The translations under genes were made by a program, and so were the position numbers. Positions 17,320 to 26,437 of a stretch of 64,000 nt of DNA are shown here, piece by piece (the stretch's first letter is position 1; every line of letters begins with the position of its first letter). Origin of the DNA: a virus. Taxonomy: Duplodnaviria; Caudoviricetes. The stretch covers positions 32,001-96,000 of the IMG/VR virus record IMGVR_UViG_3300028887_000070; one strand, given 5' to 3'. The notes under the pieces are model-generated. The model searched no databases. It was not told the origin of the DNA and was given only the letters and a program-made list of their open reading frames with translations.

Positions 17320-18603
17320 ATGAGACCAAAGATAGGACAGGTCGTCCTTATTGACCCAGAAGACAAGCTTGAGCTAAGAGATAAAGAGTCTACTGTAGGA
17401 ACGGTTCTCAAAGTAGATCGTAACCAAAGTACTCTGCTAGTTCAAGTGAACCCAGAAAAGAAGATAGTCGTTCCGAATAAGTATCTATATAAGATAGAGA
17501 TGGACGAGAAAACACCTCCATACGTTATAGTAGAGAGATCTCTTCCAAGAGTAAGATTCACAGAGAACGATCTATCTAAGCTTGAGACTGTAGCTAGTCT
17601 TATAGACGCTATGGCTCAAAGACTCGATCACTACATCATTTCAGACAGTGCTAGATTCGAGATGCTTGATGTGTGCTCATTCGCTAAGAGTAATCTACTC
17701 TATATGATGAGCAAGATTAAGAGACTTGTAGCTGGAGAAATGGAGACGGAAGCGAGAGACTCTTTCATTAACAGATTCCACAAGTATGCTGACGACGATG
17801 AAGATCCGAGAGACATCAAAGACGACACGCCAACTCCAGTCATGCCAGATGAGAAGTCCAAAGAACTTGCAATGAAAGTCATTGAGAATATAATGAAGGC
17901 TGGTATTGGCGATGACATTGGCACCTTTGATGAACATACTCTACTCAATGCAGAGATTCTGAAGTGGTATGAGAAAGGAACAAGTGGAGACAAGCTCTAT
18001 GACAAGGTGGCTACTAAACAGTTCATGGCTAAGACCATGGAGACTGCTACAGATCTCTTCAACAAGAATGCTACAATAGAACAGCTATTCGGTGTTAGAT
18101 GTGAGAATCTTGTTGGATCAGAGCACAACATGAGGAGCCTGATATCATCTATGGAGATCATGTTTAAGAGTAGCACTGAAGATCTCATCAACATACCTAT
18201 TCTCATTGTAATGGATCCTACATGTCTTATAGAACTTCTTATCAAGAGACATCCAGACAAGTTCATTACATACCAAGACATCATAGATGCTATCAAAGAA
18301 GCTGGTTCAGTCAAAGCACTTCTAGCTAAAGAGAATCTCGACCTTCCTCATGTAGTAAAGTCTATCGTTGTACCAATCTTCCCGTTTGATGAAGAGCTTA
18401 CACCGACTAAGATTATGAACGAATTCAAAGATATCATCACAAGTATATGTGTAGAGATATCTGAACACACCGATATTGAACTGCTTGATGACGATGAGAT
18501 ACAAGATGTAGGTTTGGATGACACGTTCGTACTACATCTTCCTGTAACACTCACAAGCATGTCAGTTAAACCATTCGAAGAAGGAGGAAACCACAATGGA
18601 TGA
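17320..18603 (+). CDS. Hypothetical protein with N-terminal SH3/KOW-like segment
   Basis: AAGGAGG RBS; N-terminal KIGQVVLI...VGTVLKV...IVVP..YL. Confidence 0.7.
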   Translation: MRPKIGQVVLIDPEDKLELRDKESTVGTVLKVDRNQSTLLVQVNPEKKIVVPNKYLYKIEMDEKTPPYVIVERSLPRVRFTENDLSKLETVASLIDAMAQRLDHYIISDSARFEMLDVCSFAKSNLLYMMSKIKRLVAGEMETEARDSFINRFHKYADDDEDPRDIKDDTPTPVMPDEKSKELAMKVIENIMKAGIGDDIGTFDEHTLLNAEILKWYEKGTSGDKLYDKVATKQFMAKTMETATDLFNKNATIEQLFGVRCENLVGSEHNMRSLISSMEIMFKSSTEDLINIPILIVMDPTCLIELLIKRHPDKFITYQDIIDAIKEAGSVKALLAKENLDLPHVVKSIVVPIFPFDEELTPTKIMNEFKDIITSICVEISEHTDIELLDDDEIQDVGLDDTFVLHLPVTLTSMSVKPFEEGGNHNG

Positions 18604-18835
18604 GTTAGCAAAAAGAATCTACGAGAATCAAGAGGAGTACAACAAACTCTTCATTGAGCTCGCAAACACTTTTAAGAACGAAACAAACAAGAGTGTGATG
18701 TTCACATCCACTCGTTCTAGCGAGATAGACAATCTTCTCAAGAGTATCAATGAGGTTCGCAGCAATCTTGAAGTACTTAAGGGAGTAGAAGCTTATCTTG
18801 CTGCAGAAGAGAAGAAGGTATACAATCATGGATGA
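18596..18835 (+). CDS. Small coiled-coil hypothetical protein
   Basis: AGGAGG RBS, overlaps both neighbours. Confidence 0.7.
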   Translation: MDELAKRIYENQEEYNKLFIELANTFKNETNKSVMFTSTRSSEIDNLLKSINEVRSNLEVLKGVEAYLAAEEKKVYNHG

Positions 18836-19085
18836 TATCGAAAAGGAAATCCAAGATGGCTTTCTAAGAGACAAACTTCGTAAGGCCCGCAAAGCTAAGG
18901 GTCTTACTCAACAAGAAGCTGCAGCATTAGCTGGTATCTCAGCATCTACAGTCTCTTGTATAGAGTCTAGTAACGGAGATTATATGTCATCTAGCCTACT
19001 CAAGTATGCGGATGCACTTGGCTATGAAGTATCTATCCACAAGAAGGGTGGACCTATCGTAGATACAGAAGAACCAGAAGAGTAA
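18828..19085 (+). CDS. XRE-family HTH transcriptional regulator
   Basis: LRKARKAKGLTQQEAAALAGISASTVSCIES...KYADALG. Confidence 0.9.
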   Translation: MDDIEKEIQDGFLRDKLRKARKAKGLTQQEAAALAGISASTVSCIESSNGDYMSSSLLKYADALGYEVSIHKKGGPIVDTEEPEE

Positions 19086-19144
19086 CGATACAATAATCGG
19101 AGGAGTCTATCTCCTCCGATCCTTATTTTTAGAGAGGTGATCAT

Positions 19145-19369
19145 ATGAGACGTATCTTAGTACCAGGAAACAAAGCTAACAGCAAACTTAAGAAGTTTAA
19201 ATGCGATATCTGTGGCTGTGAATGGCTTTCAGATGAGTACAAAGAAGATTGGACAATACATTCTATACCTGCATATGACGAATGTCCTACATGCAATAGC
19301 GAAATATTTGCTATAGGAACTTTCGTTGATGGTAAAAAGCACTCTCATGTTCGTAACAAAAAGAGGTGA
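19145..19369 (+). CDS. Small zinc-ribbon protein
   Basis: CDICGC...CPTC; GAGGTGA RBS. Confidence 0.7.
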   Translation: MRRILVPGNKANSKLKKFKCDICGCEWLSDEYKEDWTIHSIPAYDECPTCNSEIFAIGTFVDGKKHSHVRNKKR

Positions 19370-20424
19370 GTCAATTGACCAAAGAAGAACTCAAGGAATG
19401 GCTTCTTTACAATATGGAAGACGCTAAGCTTGCCTCTGGAGGTAAGCAGATAGTATGTAGATGTCACAACTGTGATGATCATAGTAGACATCTCTATATA
19501 GGACCGTTCGATGATTCAGATAAACCTATTCAGTATCAATGCAAAAGATGTCCTAGGCCATTCTATGGAGTGGTCAATAAGGACTTTCTTGAAAGATACA
19601 GGACAGCAACAGCAGTACCAGAGGATGTTAATGAAGCAAACAAAGGTACTAGTAAGCATAAGAAGACGATCAATGGTGTTTCTAACAAAATCTATACTGT
19701 GAATAGGAACTTCGTTACAGATGCTCCACTCTCACAACAGAAACTAGCACATATCAATCAAAGGTTAGGGTTATCTCTAACCTATCAAGACTGTGTCGAT
19801 AACAAGATTATCTTAAATCTAGGGGATCTCTATAGAGGAAACCCATGGATTAAGAGCTTCACTCGTCATGAAAATATCGTGCAGCAACTTGATAAGTACT
19901 TCATAGGCTTTCTATCACGTTCAAATGCGTCTCTTAACATGAGAAACCTTGTGTATGAGAGAGGAATAGTGTATGAAGGCATCGATAAGAAGTACGTAAA
20001 CTACAATCTCTTCAATGAAGGAGTTGAAAATGACTACTACATACTTCCTGTGTCAATCGATCCTCTTCAGCCGATAGGACTTCATATCGCAGAAGGTCCA
20101 TTTGACGTCTTAGGAATCAAGTATAATGTGGTCGGACCTCAGGTTCCTAATCAGATTTACATTGCTGGTAAGGGTAAAGCATATGATAAGATAGTAGAGT
20201 TCATCATAACAAGGTATGGATTCATGAATCTTACTCTAAACTTCTATCCAGACAAGGATGTAAACGACTACGAAATGAGTAGAGTAGTGAATATCTTCAA
20301 GCCATTTGGCTTTGAACAGTTCATATACCGCAACACCTATCAAGGAGAGAAAGACTTTGGAGTTCCTAGAGACAGAATCATCTGCTCTAAGTTCACTCCA
20401 GGTCTAGGAAGAAGCAGCTTCTAA
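19366..20424 (+). CDS. dnaG: DNA primase (Zn-binding + TOPRIM)
   Basis: RCHNCDD..HLYI...CKRC zinc domain; IAEGPFD, YPDKD and KDFG TOPRIM motifs. Confidence 0.85.
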   Translation: MSQLTKEELKEWLLYNMEDAKLASGGKQIVCRCHNCDDHSRHLYIGPFDDSDKPIQYQCKRCPRPFYGVVNKDFLERYRTATAVPEDVNEANKGTSKHKKTINGVSNKIYTVNRNFVTDAPLSQQKLAHINQRLGLSLTYQDCVDNKIILNLGDLYRGNPWIKSFTRHENIVQQLDKYFIGFLSRSNASLNMRNLVYERGIVYEGIDKKYVNYNLFNEGVENDYYILPVSIDPLQPIGLHIAEGPFDVLGIKYNVVGPQVPNQIYIAGKGKAYDKIVEFIITRYGFMNLTLNFYPDKDVNDYEMSRVVNIFKPFGFEQFIYRNTYQGEKDFGVPRDRIICSKFTPGLGRSSF

Positions 20425-20474
20425 CGCTGTTTCTTTTTTACACGTATTACATCACTATAAATGGAGGGATAACA

Positions 20475-20897
20475 ATGCCACTGTATAACAAGTATCGACA
20501 GGTCGTAGACTTGAACGAGTTGAAAGAACCTCTTATGACTATCAACCAGTTCCAAAGACCTATAGAACTAGAAGGAACAGATGCACAGATTATGCTCATC
20601 GTCAGATTGATCTTATTGGATCCTGGCACTATACAGACACATCCTGATATGGGGGTAGGACTCGTCTCTTTGTATAGATACACTGTAGATGTAGACCTTG
20701 ACAAACTCAGAAACAGGATACAGACTCAGATATCTAAGTACTTACCAATGTTCACTACGGTACAAGTAAGAGTAGATCTAAATGTAAATGAGCATACACT
20801 CTATATTTACATTGATTCGGATCAACTCAATGCTCTCGTACCGTTTGATACAGAGAACTTGACAGTTATCCAAGGACTCGACAATATGAAAGTATAA
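20475..20897 (+). CDS. Baseplate wedge / sheath initiator, T4 gp25-like
   Basis: LLDPGT...HPDMGVGL..Y pattern, 140 aa, late promoter 20448-20459. Confidence 0.75.
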   Translation: MPLYNKYRQVVDLNELKEPLMTINQFQRPIELEGTDAQIMLIVRLILLDPGTIQTHPDMGVGLVSLYRYTVDVDLDKLRNRIQTQISKYLPMFTTVQVRVDLNVNEHTLYIYIDSDQLNALVPFDTENLTVIQGLDNMKV

Positions 20898-20917
20898 CGA
20901 ATAGGGAGGACACTACC

Positions 20918-22861
20918 ATGCCAGACGAGAACAAGAATGTTACACTTGACGATCTCTCTAATGGTGCTAAGCATACGGCAGCTATACCACCCCCGTTGCC
21001 TAGATTTGACGCTAAGAGTGTTAGAGACGTCAACATCGCAGAGGTAGCTCAGAAAGCTCCAGAGCCAGAACAAGTAGATATGGTTCCTGGAGTTATCAAA
21101 AGTGCTATCAGTCAGATTCCAGCAACAATAGAGAGACTCAATAATGAGTCTCTTGCTATAGTACAAAAAGGAAAGGAAGAGAGAATAGAGAAGATGCTCG
21201 ACTCAGATGACGATATCGATGAAGTTGAGATGCCTACTAACTCTTCTAGACCAGTACAATCACAGTCGAATACTATAAGACAGTCATTCGATGATGATGG
21301 TATAGATTTCGATGACGACATCGAAGATGATGACGAAGTCGATTTCCCTATATCAAAGAAAACTAAAGTAGAAAGGAAAGTAAACACCATGGAGAATAAT
21401 AACAACACCCCTCAGACAGAACTTGATAAGAAGATTCATGCTATCGCAGAGTCAGCAGCAGAGACTCCTGAGAAGGTAGAGTTCCCTGAACCTACTGATA
21501 CAGATAAGGAGAAGCTTGCTGAGAAGGCTAAGGAAGCATACGAGGCTGTAACAGGCGAAGTAGTAGACGAAGCCAAAGTAGAGGAGAACGTCGAGATTAC
21601 TGCTGAAGCTCCAGAAGAGGAAGCTATACCTGTTTTACCTCGTATTCCTTCATCTTCAGAAACTAACTTCGGTACTGCTACATTTGCTATGTCAGACGAT
21701 GACCTTGCTCTTCTCGATGACGAAGATATGATCGTTGAAAAGGCTGATAAGGCTAAAGAAGTAAGCGAGGCTGAAGAGAAGGAGAAGCGTAATGAGCTCA
21801 GAAATTCGATCAGAACTTCTGTTAAGGAAAACTTCAAGCCTATCGAAAACAAGCTCAATCTTTCTGAGTTCGAGATACAGAAGAAGCCTATCTCTGCTTC
21901 TAAGGTACTCAACCACATCAAGGAGACTCCTGTAAGAACAGCTACTACACCTCTCTTCTCTACTTCGAAGAAGGTAGTTGAGGTGTCTGAGTTCACTGCT
22001 ACAGAAGTACAGAAGCTTAATCCTTCTCTCATCAACCAGAACAACTTCTATACTACACTCAGAGATCGTTATCAGCTTCTCTACAATCACATTGTTGATC
22101 CTAATAAGCCTGCTACATTTGAAGCTTGGCTGAAGACAGTTCCCGAAGATGCAATCGACGATTACTTCTTCGCTGCTTATAAGGCTACATTCGGAGCTGC
22201 AAACATTCTGACATATGAGTGCCCTAAGGAAGAGTGCGGTAATGTATTCCTTAAGGAAGTACCTGTAATGTCTATGATCAAGTATAAGAATGAAGCTATC
22301 AAGACTGAGTATCTTGATCTTCTTCACAACGGCAAGCTCAATGTATCTAAGGATACTTATACAGCTGGTCTCTTCCAGGCTAGTGATGAGTATGTATTCG
22401 CTCTTAAGACTCCTACACTCTATGAGAGAGTATTTGAGCCTACACTTCTCGACTCTAAGATACTCGAGACATATGGCGATCTCATTACACTCATTACTTA
22501 TATCGACGGCATCTTCGTAATCGATGAAGCTAACAAAAAACTCATCCCTGTTGATATGCAGCCTATTCATACAGATCCTCGTAAGACTGTAAGAAGACGT
22601 ATCAAGACATGTGCTTCTATCATCAGAACTCTTACATCAGACCAGCTTCAGACACTTACTGTTGAGACAGATAAGTACGACAAGCCCGATTCAAAGAGAA
22701 ACATCAACAACGATGATGATGAAGATACAACACCCGAGATTCAGTACATCTATCCTGAGTGTGAGTGCCCTAAGTGCAAGAGCAAGATCAATGAAGCTGT
22801 AGCTAATCCTGTCGATATGCTTTTTACACGTCATCAGCTGGGAGTTTATCAGCGGATATAA
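20918..22861 (+). CDS. Baseplate hub / tail assembly chaperone, T4 gp26-like, with long acidic N-terminus
   Basis: Follows gp25-like gene; YECPKEECG and CPKCK zinc motifs; ends DMLFTRHQL. Confidence 0.6.
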   Translation: MPDENKNVTLDDLSNGAKHTAAIPPPLPRFDAKSVRDVNIAEVAQKAPEPEQVDMVPGVIKSAISQIPATIERLNNESLAIVQKGKEERIEKMLDSDDDIDEVEMPTNSSRPVQSQSNTIRQSFDDDGIDFDDDIEDDDEVDFPISKKTKVERKVNTMENNNNTPQTELDKKIHAIAESAAETPEKVEFPEPTDTDKEKLAEKAKEAYEAVTGEVVDEAKVEENVEITAEAPEEEAIPVLPRIPSSSETNFGTATFAMSDDDLALLDDEDMIVEKADKAKEVSEAEEKEKRNELRNSIRTSVKENFKPIENKLNLSEFEIQKKPISASKVLNHIKETPVRTATTPLFSTSKKVVEVSEFTATEVQKLNPSLINQNNFYTTLRDRYQLLYNHIVDPNKPATFEAWLKTVPEDAIDDYFFAAYKATFGAANILTYECPKEECGNVFLKEVPVMSMIKYKNEAIKTEYLDLLHNGKLNVSKDTYTAGLFQASDEYVFALKTPTLYERVFEPTLLDSKILETYGDLITLITYIDGIFVIDEANKKLIPVDMQPIHTDPRKTVRRRIKTCASIIRTLTSDQLQTLTVETDKYDKPDSKRNINNDDDEDTTPEIQYIYPECECPKCKSKINEAVANPVDMLFTRHQLGVYQRI

Positions 22862-23058
22862 GACGAGCTGAACGTCTTTGCAGTAACGTATACAAGGGGA
22901 GAGTGTCGTTCATGGAACTTATGACGATGCCTCCCGCTTGGTTTAACTGTCTTTACATGATCGCTATGGAAAAGCAAGAGCAGCATGCTAAAGAATTGGC
23001 TGAGCAAGCCCAAGCTGATGCAATAGAAGAAGCAATAGAGGAAGGAGGAGCTATGTAG
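22807..23058 (+). CDS. -1 frame extension of the gp26-like gene (gp51/gpT-like), probably reached by frameshift
   Basis: Open frame FYTSSAGSLSADIRRAERLCSNVYKGRVSFMELMTMPPAWFNCLY...EEGGAM* overlaps a CTTTTTA site, has no RBS of its own and abuts the next ATG. Confidence 0.6.
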   Translation, partial: SCRYAFYTSSAGSLSADIRRAERLCSNVYKGRVSFMELMTMPPAWFNCLYMIAMEKQEQHAKELAEQAQADAIEEAIEEGGAM

Positions 23059-23397
23059 ATGCATATGGACATCTTAAGTCACTCTAAGAAAACTGCTTTG
23101 GATAACAAAGTCGACGTTGCGTACTATATCATCAACTATATCGACCACGAGCTGATTACTTTTAATCTCATCAATCGTCTTGATAGAGAGTGTATAGATA
23201 CTAAGATAGATACAGCTGGTATCATTACTGTCACTTTCAAGACTAACTCTACAGAAGACTACGAGTCCTTTAAGTCAGAGCTCTCTTCTCTGATTGAGAG
23301 TAATCCTACAGTAGAAGTATCGGGCAGTTTCTACAACCTAGCCTTGACAAACATCGATAATGAAGTAGGAGTGACTATCTCCCCCTATACTACATGA
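23059..23397 (+). CDS. Hypothetical protein
   Basis: GAAGGAGG RBS, followed by hairpin ~23413-23436. Confidence 0.75.
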   Translation: MHMDILSHSKKTALDNKVDVAYYIINYIDHELITFNLINRLDRECIDTKIDTAGIITVTFKTNSTEDYESFKSELSSLIESNPTVEVSGSFYNLALTNIDNEVGVTISPYTT

Positions 23398-23449
23398 TCG
23401 TTCATATAGAGGTCCAGTGGAGTAAAATCCACTGGATAACCTTTGCTGA

Positions 23450-23461
23450 AACATCTATATA
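23450..23461 (+). promoter_or_regulatory. Representative late promoter AACA-N6-TA (also + 24679, 28607, 30078, 47748; - 10158, 37569, 45496, 53849, 57028, 61479)
   Basis: The exact AACA-N6-TA motif recurs upstream of structural genes on both strands and matches the AR9 late consensus. Confidence 0.8.
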
Positions 23462-23482
23462 ATTACGAAAGGAGGAATCTGA

Positions 23483-24688
23483 ATGGGTAAGTTCATTAAC
23501 AAGTCCTATGTCAATACTATAGACGCCCTGCAACAGGGTCAGGTCAATAGAGTCAAGAACGCCAACTATCTCTTCAATGATAAGAAGCCAGTCGTATCAG
23601 ACTGGTATAATATGAACTCTACTGGTACTACGTTCGATGAAGGTACTAGAGCAGAGTATGCTAGTCTTAGTCATGCATCTCCTATAAGATACAACAAGAT
23701 CACTGGAGCAGTCTTCTATTCTAGCGGTATCAAGCTTGCTATGGATGTAGACTTCAACGAAGAAGGTCTCGGTCTTGCTTCTCAGCCTGCTATCTCTGGT
23801 GTAGTACTTCCTAATACATGGATTCCATATGCTGGAGATTATTTCTCCATTCAACACGCTGGAAAGGAGTGGTTGTACAAGGTCACTGCTACATCGTTTG
23901 ATACTATAGACAATGGTAACAACGTCTATAGCTTTGAGGCTATGCTGGACAACTATGGTATAGACGAGATTGAACAGCAGGTAGTAGATAGATTCAAGTT
24001 CGTGGTGAACAATATCGGTACTAACTTCTCTGCTGTCATTAGAGAGGACTCATACAATGCTATAGAGACTCTCGACAATCTTCTTGCTCAAATCAAGACA
24101 TACTTCGTAGCTATGTTCTTCAAGGAGTCTCTTCAGACCTTTGTATATCCTGGATCTTACGGAGAAGTCTATGATCCTTACATGATAGAGTTTCTTATGA
24201 GGCATTCTATCCTTACTGGATCGGATCCATACATCTATGTATCTCAGGCTATACAAGTACCTCAGACTCTTGTGCTTGACTACGACAAGACTTTCTTCAA
24301 AGCTCTTGAGACTAAGACTGTAGATCACTTCTGTAATCGTCCTGCTAATATCAATATCATCGAAGACATCTATAGTCTCTTCCATACTACTCTTGAGAAG
24401 TATTTCAAGGTAGACTATGCTGAGCCTATCTTCCAAGGTGGTTATGCTGTACTTGATCCAGTGATGATATCAGATGCTAAGGAAGGTATTGAGCGACAGA
24501 ATGACGATCCCAAGGCACTCAACAATATCATCACTCGCTACTTCCAAGACAAACCTCTTGACTCATCAATCGTTGAGATTTTCGATAACATAGACTACAA
24601 GCCTACACCGTACTTATTCTACGGTCTTCCGATGGCTCTGTTCTGTATCGAATCCCAGATACGTAATTTGATGAGTTCAACATCTTAG
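23483..24688 (+). CDS. Conserved virion structural protein (phiKZ/AR9-like)
   Basis: SPIRYNKI, PNTWIPYAGDYF and YDPYMIEFL motifs recalled from jumbo-phage virion proteins; late promoter 23450-23461. Confidence 0.65.
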   Translation: MGKFINKSYVNTIDALQQGQVNRVKNANYLFNDKKPVVSDWYNMNSTGTTFDEGTRAEYASLSHASPIRYNKITGAVFYSSGIKLAMDVDFNEEGLGLASQPAISGVVLPNTWIPYAGDYFSIQHAGKEWLYKVTATSFDTIDNGNNVYSFEAMLDNYGIDEIEQQVVDRFKFVVNNIGTNFSAVIREDSYNAIETLDNLLAQIKTYFVAMFFKESLQTFVYPGSYGEVYDPYMIEFLMRHSILTGSDPYIYVSQAIQVPQTLVLDYDKTFFKALETKTVDHFCNRPANINIIEDIYSLFHTTLEKYFKVDYAEPIFQGGYAVLDPVMISDAKEGIERQNDDPKALNNIITRYFQDKPLDSSIVEIFDNIDYKPTPYLFYGLPMALFCIESQIRNLMSSTS

Positions 24689-24718
24689 TAACTAAATCCT
24701 ACCTAAGGAGGGAATATA

Positions 24719-25138
24719 ATGGCTGAAGTATTAACAGTAGACGACCTTCTGATTGAAGCATGTGAAGAAGATGCTGAGATAGAAGAGGGCTACTTCTCAG
24801 AGAGTCTTAAGTTCATTCTCGATAGAGATATAGACGAAGACATCAACGATAACATGAACTCTATCTTCAGTGGTGAAGGACTTTCACTTGATGAGACTAT
24901 CATCAACCTTGTTGACCGTCTTGAAACAGAAGTGAATGATTCTGAATCTGGAGAAGCTAAACTCTACATAGCACCTGAAGAGATACATGACCCAATCGAA
25001 AGTGAACTTCCTGGAAGGTTCTCTTCAACCCTTTACGATTGGGTGGATGAAGACAATCCCGACCATGAGAAATCATGGTACGGAAATGATTCTGGCGAAT
25101 ACAACACTGGATATGACTCCATATTCGGTGATAACTAA
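24719..25138 (+). CDS. Very acidic late protein (possible internal head protein)
   Basis: AAGGAGG RBS, late promoter 24679-24690. Confidence 0.7.
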   Translation: MAEVLTVDDLLIEACEEDAEIEEGYFSESLKFILDRDIDEDINDNMNSIFSGEGLSLDETIINLVDRLETEVNDSESGEAKLYIAPEEIHDPIESELPGRFSSTLYDWVDEDNPDHEKSWYGNDSGEYNTGYDSIFGDN

Positions 25139-25151
25139 GGAGGTACTAACA

Positions 25152-25526
25152 ATGGACGAATACATCAGAGACGTTATCGACAGTAAGCGTATGCTTGTTG
25201 TTGAGAGAGCTGTAGACGAAGACCTTCAGGCTGAGAAGGATCTCAGTATTGAAGTCAATACAGTTGTAGGAAAGTTCGTCGATGGTTTCATCTCTCAGGA
25301 AGAGATCGATGGTTGCCAGCTCTGCGAAGAGGAGCTTAATGGTACACTCGATGATCTTATAGATGATGCCGAAGCAGACGAGATTACATTATATGAGCCT
25401 GATACATTCTCCGACGATGACGGAGAACTTTCAGATATCAATGCTATACTTGACTCAGATATAGATCCCGAACTTCTTGAGCTGGACGATGATGAGTCTA
25501 TGTATTGTGAACCTAATGTAGACTAA
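25152..25526 (+). CDS. Very acidic late protein
   Basis: AAGGAGG RBS supports the start at 25152. Confidence 0.7.
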   Translation: MDEYIRDVIDSKRMLVVERAVDEDLQAEKDLSIEVNTVVGKFVDGFISQEEIDGCQLCEEELNGTLDDLIDDAEADEITLYEPDTFSDDDGELSDINAILDSDIDPELLELDDDESMYCEPNVD

Positions 25527-25540
25527 GGGAGGTACTTACT

Positions 25541-26098
25541 ATGAACATCGTAAGAAAAAAGTGTATGCTCATTACACCTTGTAACGTAACATTCAAGATC
25601 TCAAGTGGTAAAGAGCTTAAGCCTAACACAAAGAGCATCGAGTTCGTATGGACTAAAGAGATACTCATCGCTATGAATAGTGGTATCAGAGTATTTGAGA
25701 TTGGTTCAGACGGCAAGCAGGTTCAGCTTGATAAGAGCAACTTCGACAAAATCAACGTTCTCATGGACTATCCTTCAGAGGAAAAGATAGAAGAGAAAAA
25801 AGAAGAGACTGTTGAAGAGGAAGCTCCAAAGGTTGAAGAGTCTGTAGCTGCTCCTACTCCTGTTGAAGCTCCAGTAGAGGAGCCTAAGGAAGAGCCTACT
25901 CCTGAAGAGACAGTAGATCCTGCAGAGGAGGAATCACCTTCTGAAGAAGATTACGAACCCGAAGATGAGACTACTGAAGAAGAGATCGACATGACACCTC
26001 AGGAAGATCCTGAAGCTAAGTACTATCAGAATGACTCTGAGGATGATTGTGACGAAGAGAAGCAAGACAACGAAGACGACGAGTTCAACGTTGACTGA
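25541..26098 (+). CDS. Hypothetical protein with Glu/Pro-rich disordered tail
   Basis: GGAGG RBS; folded N-terminal ~75 aa. Confidence 0.75.
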   Translation: MNIVRKKCMLITPCNVTFKISSGKELKPNTKSIEFVWTKEILIAMNSGIRVFEIGSDGKQVQLDKSNFDKINVLMDYPSEEKIEEKKEETVEEEAPKVEESVAAPTPVEAPVEEPKEEPTPEETVDPAEEESPSEEDYEPEDETTEEEIDMTPQEDPEAKYYQNDSEDDCDEEKQDNEDDEFNVD

Positions 26099-26128
26099 TA
26101 AGAAACAATGCGTTTCTCGAAAAAGGAT

Positions 26129-26152
26129 GCTGGGTCCATGTGCGGACCCAGC
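26129..26152 (-). terminator. Terminator of the micropeptide transcript (possibly bidirectional)
   Basis: gctgggtcc/ggacccagc stem with a U-tract on the minus strand. Confidence 0.7.
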
Positions 26153-26244
26153 CTATTCTCTGTGTGTGACGAGATAAATATAGTTTTCGAACAAGTCATG
26201 TAGCAGTACTAATTACACGACTCGGCTTTTAAGACTTGGCACTC

Positions 26245-26280
26245 TTAGTAAGAACCGCCGCAAGTTTCAAAATCGTCCAT
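26245..26280 (-). CDS. 11-aa micropeptide MDDFETCGGSY
   Basis: Perfect GAAAGGAGGTG RBS at correct spacing; own early promoter (26376-26385) and terminator. Confidence 0.5.
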   Translation of the reverse strand: MDDFETCGGSY

Positions 26281-26437
26281 GTGTCACACCTCCTTTCTGT
26301 GGCTCATACACTCTAAAGGAGACAAGGAGTGTACAAGATCTGCTATTATCTATATCTTTAAACGCAGACATTTTAATAATATATAGCCCTAAACACGTAG
26401 TTTAACGACGGTAGGATTTCCCTACCGTCGATTCAAA

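Noticed and set aside
21112-22570. Long antisense and alternate-frame ORFs (e.g. 21692-22570, 40186-41169, 15590-16237, 7052-7624)
   Set aside because: They are shadows of strongly biased real genes and have no RBS, promoter or motifs.
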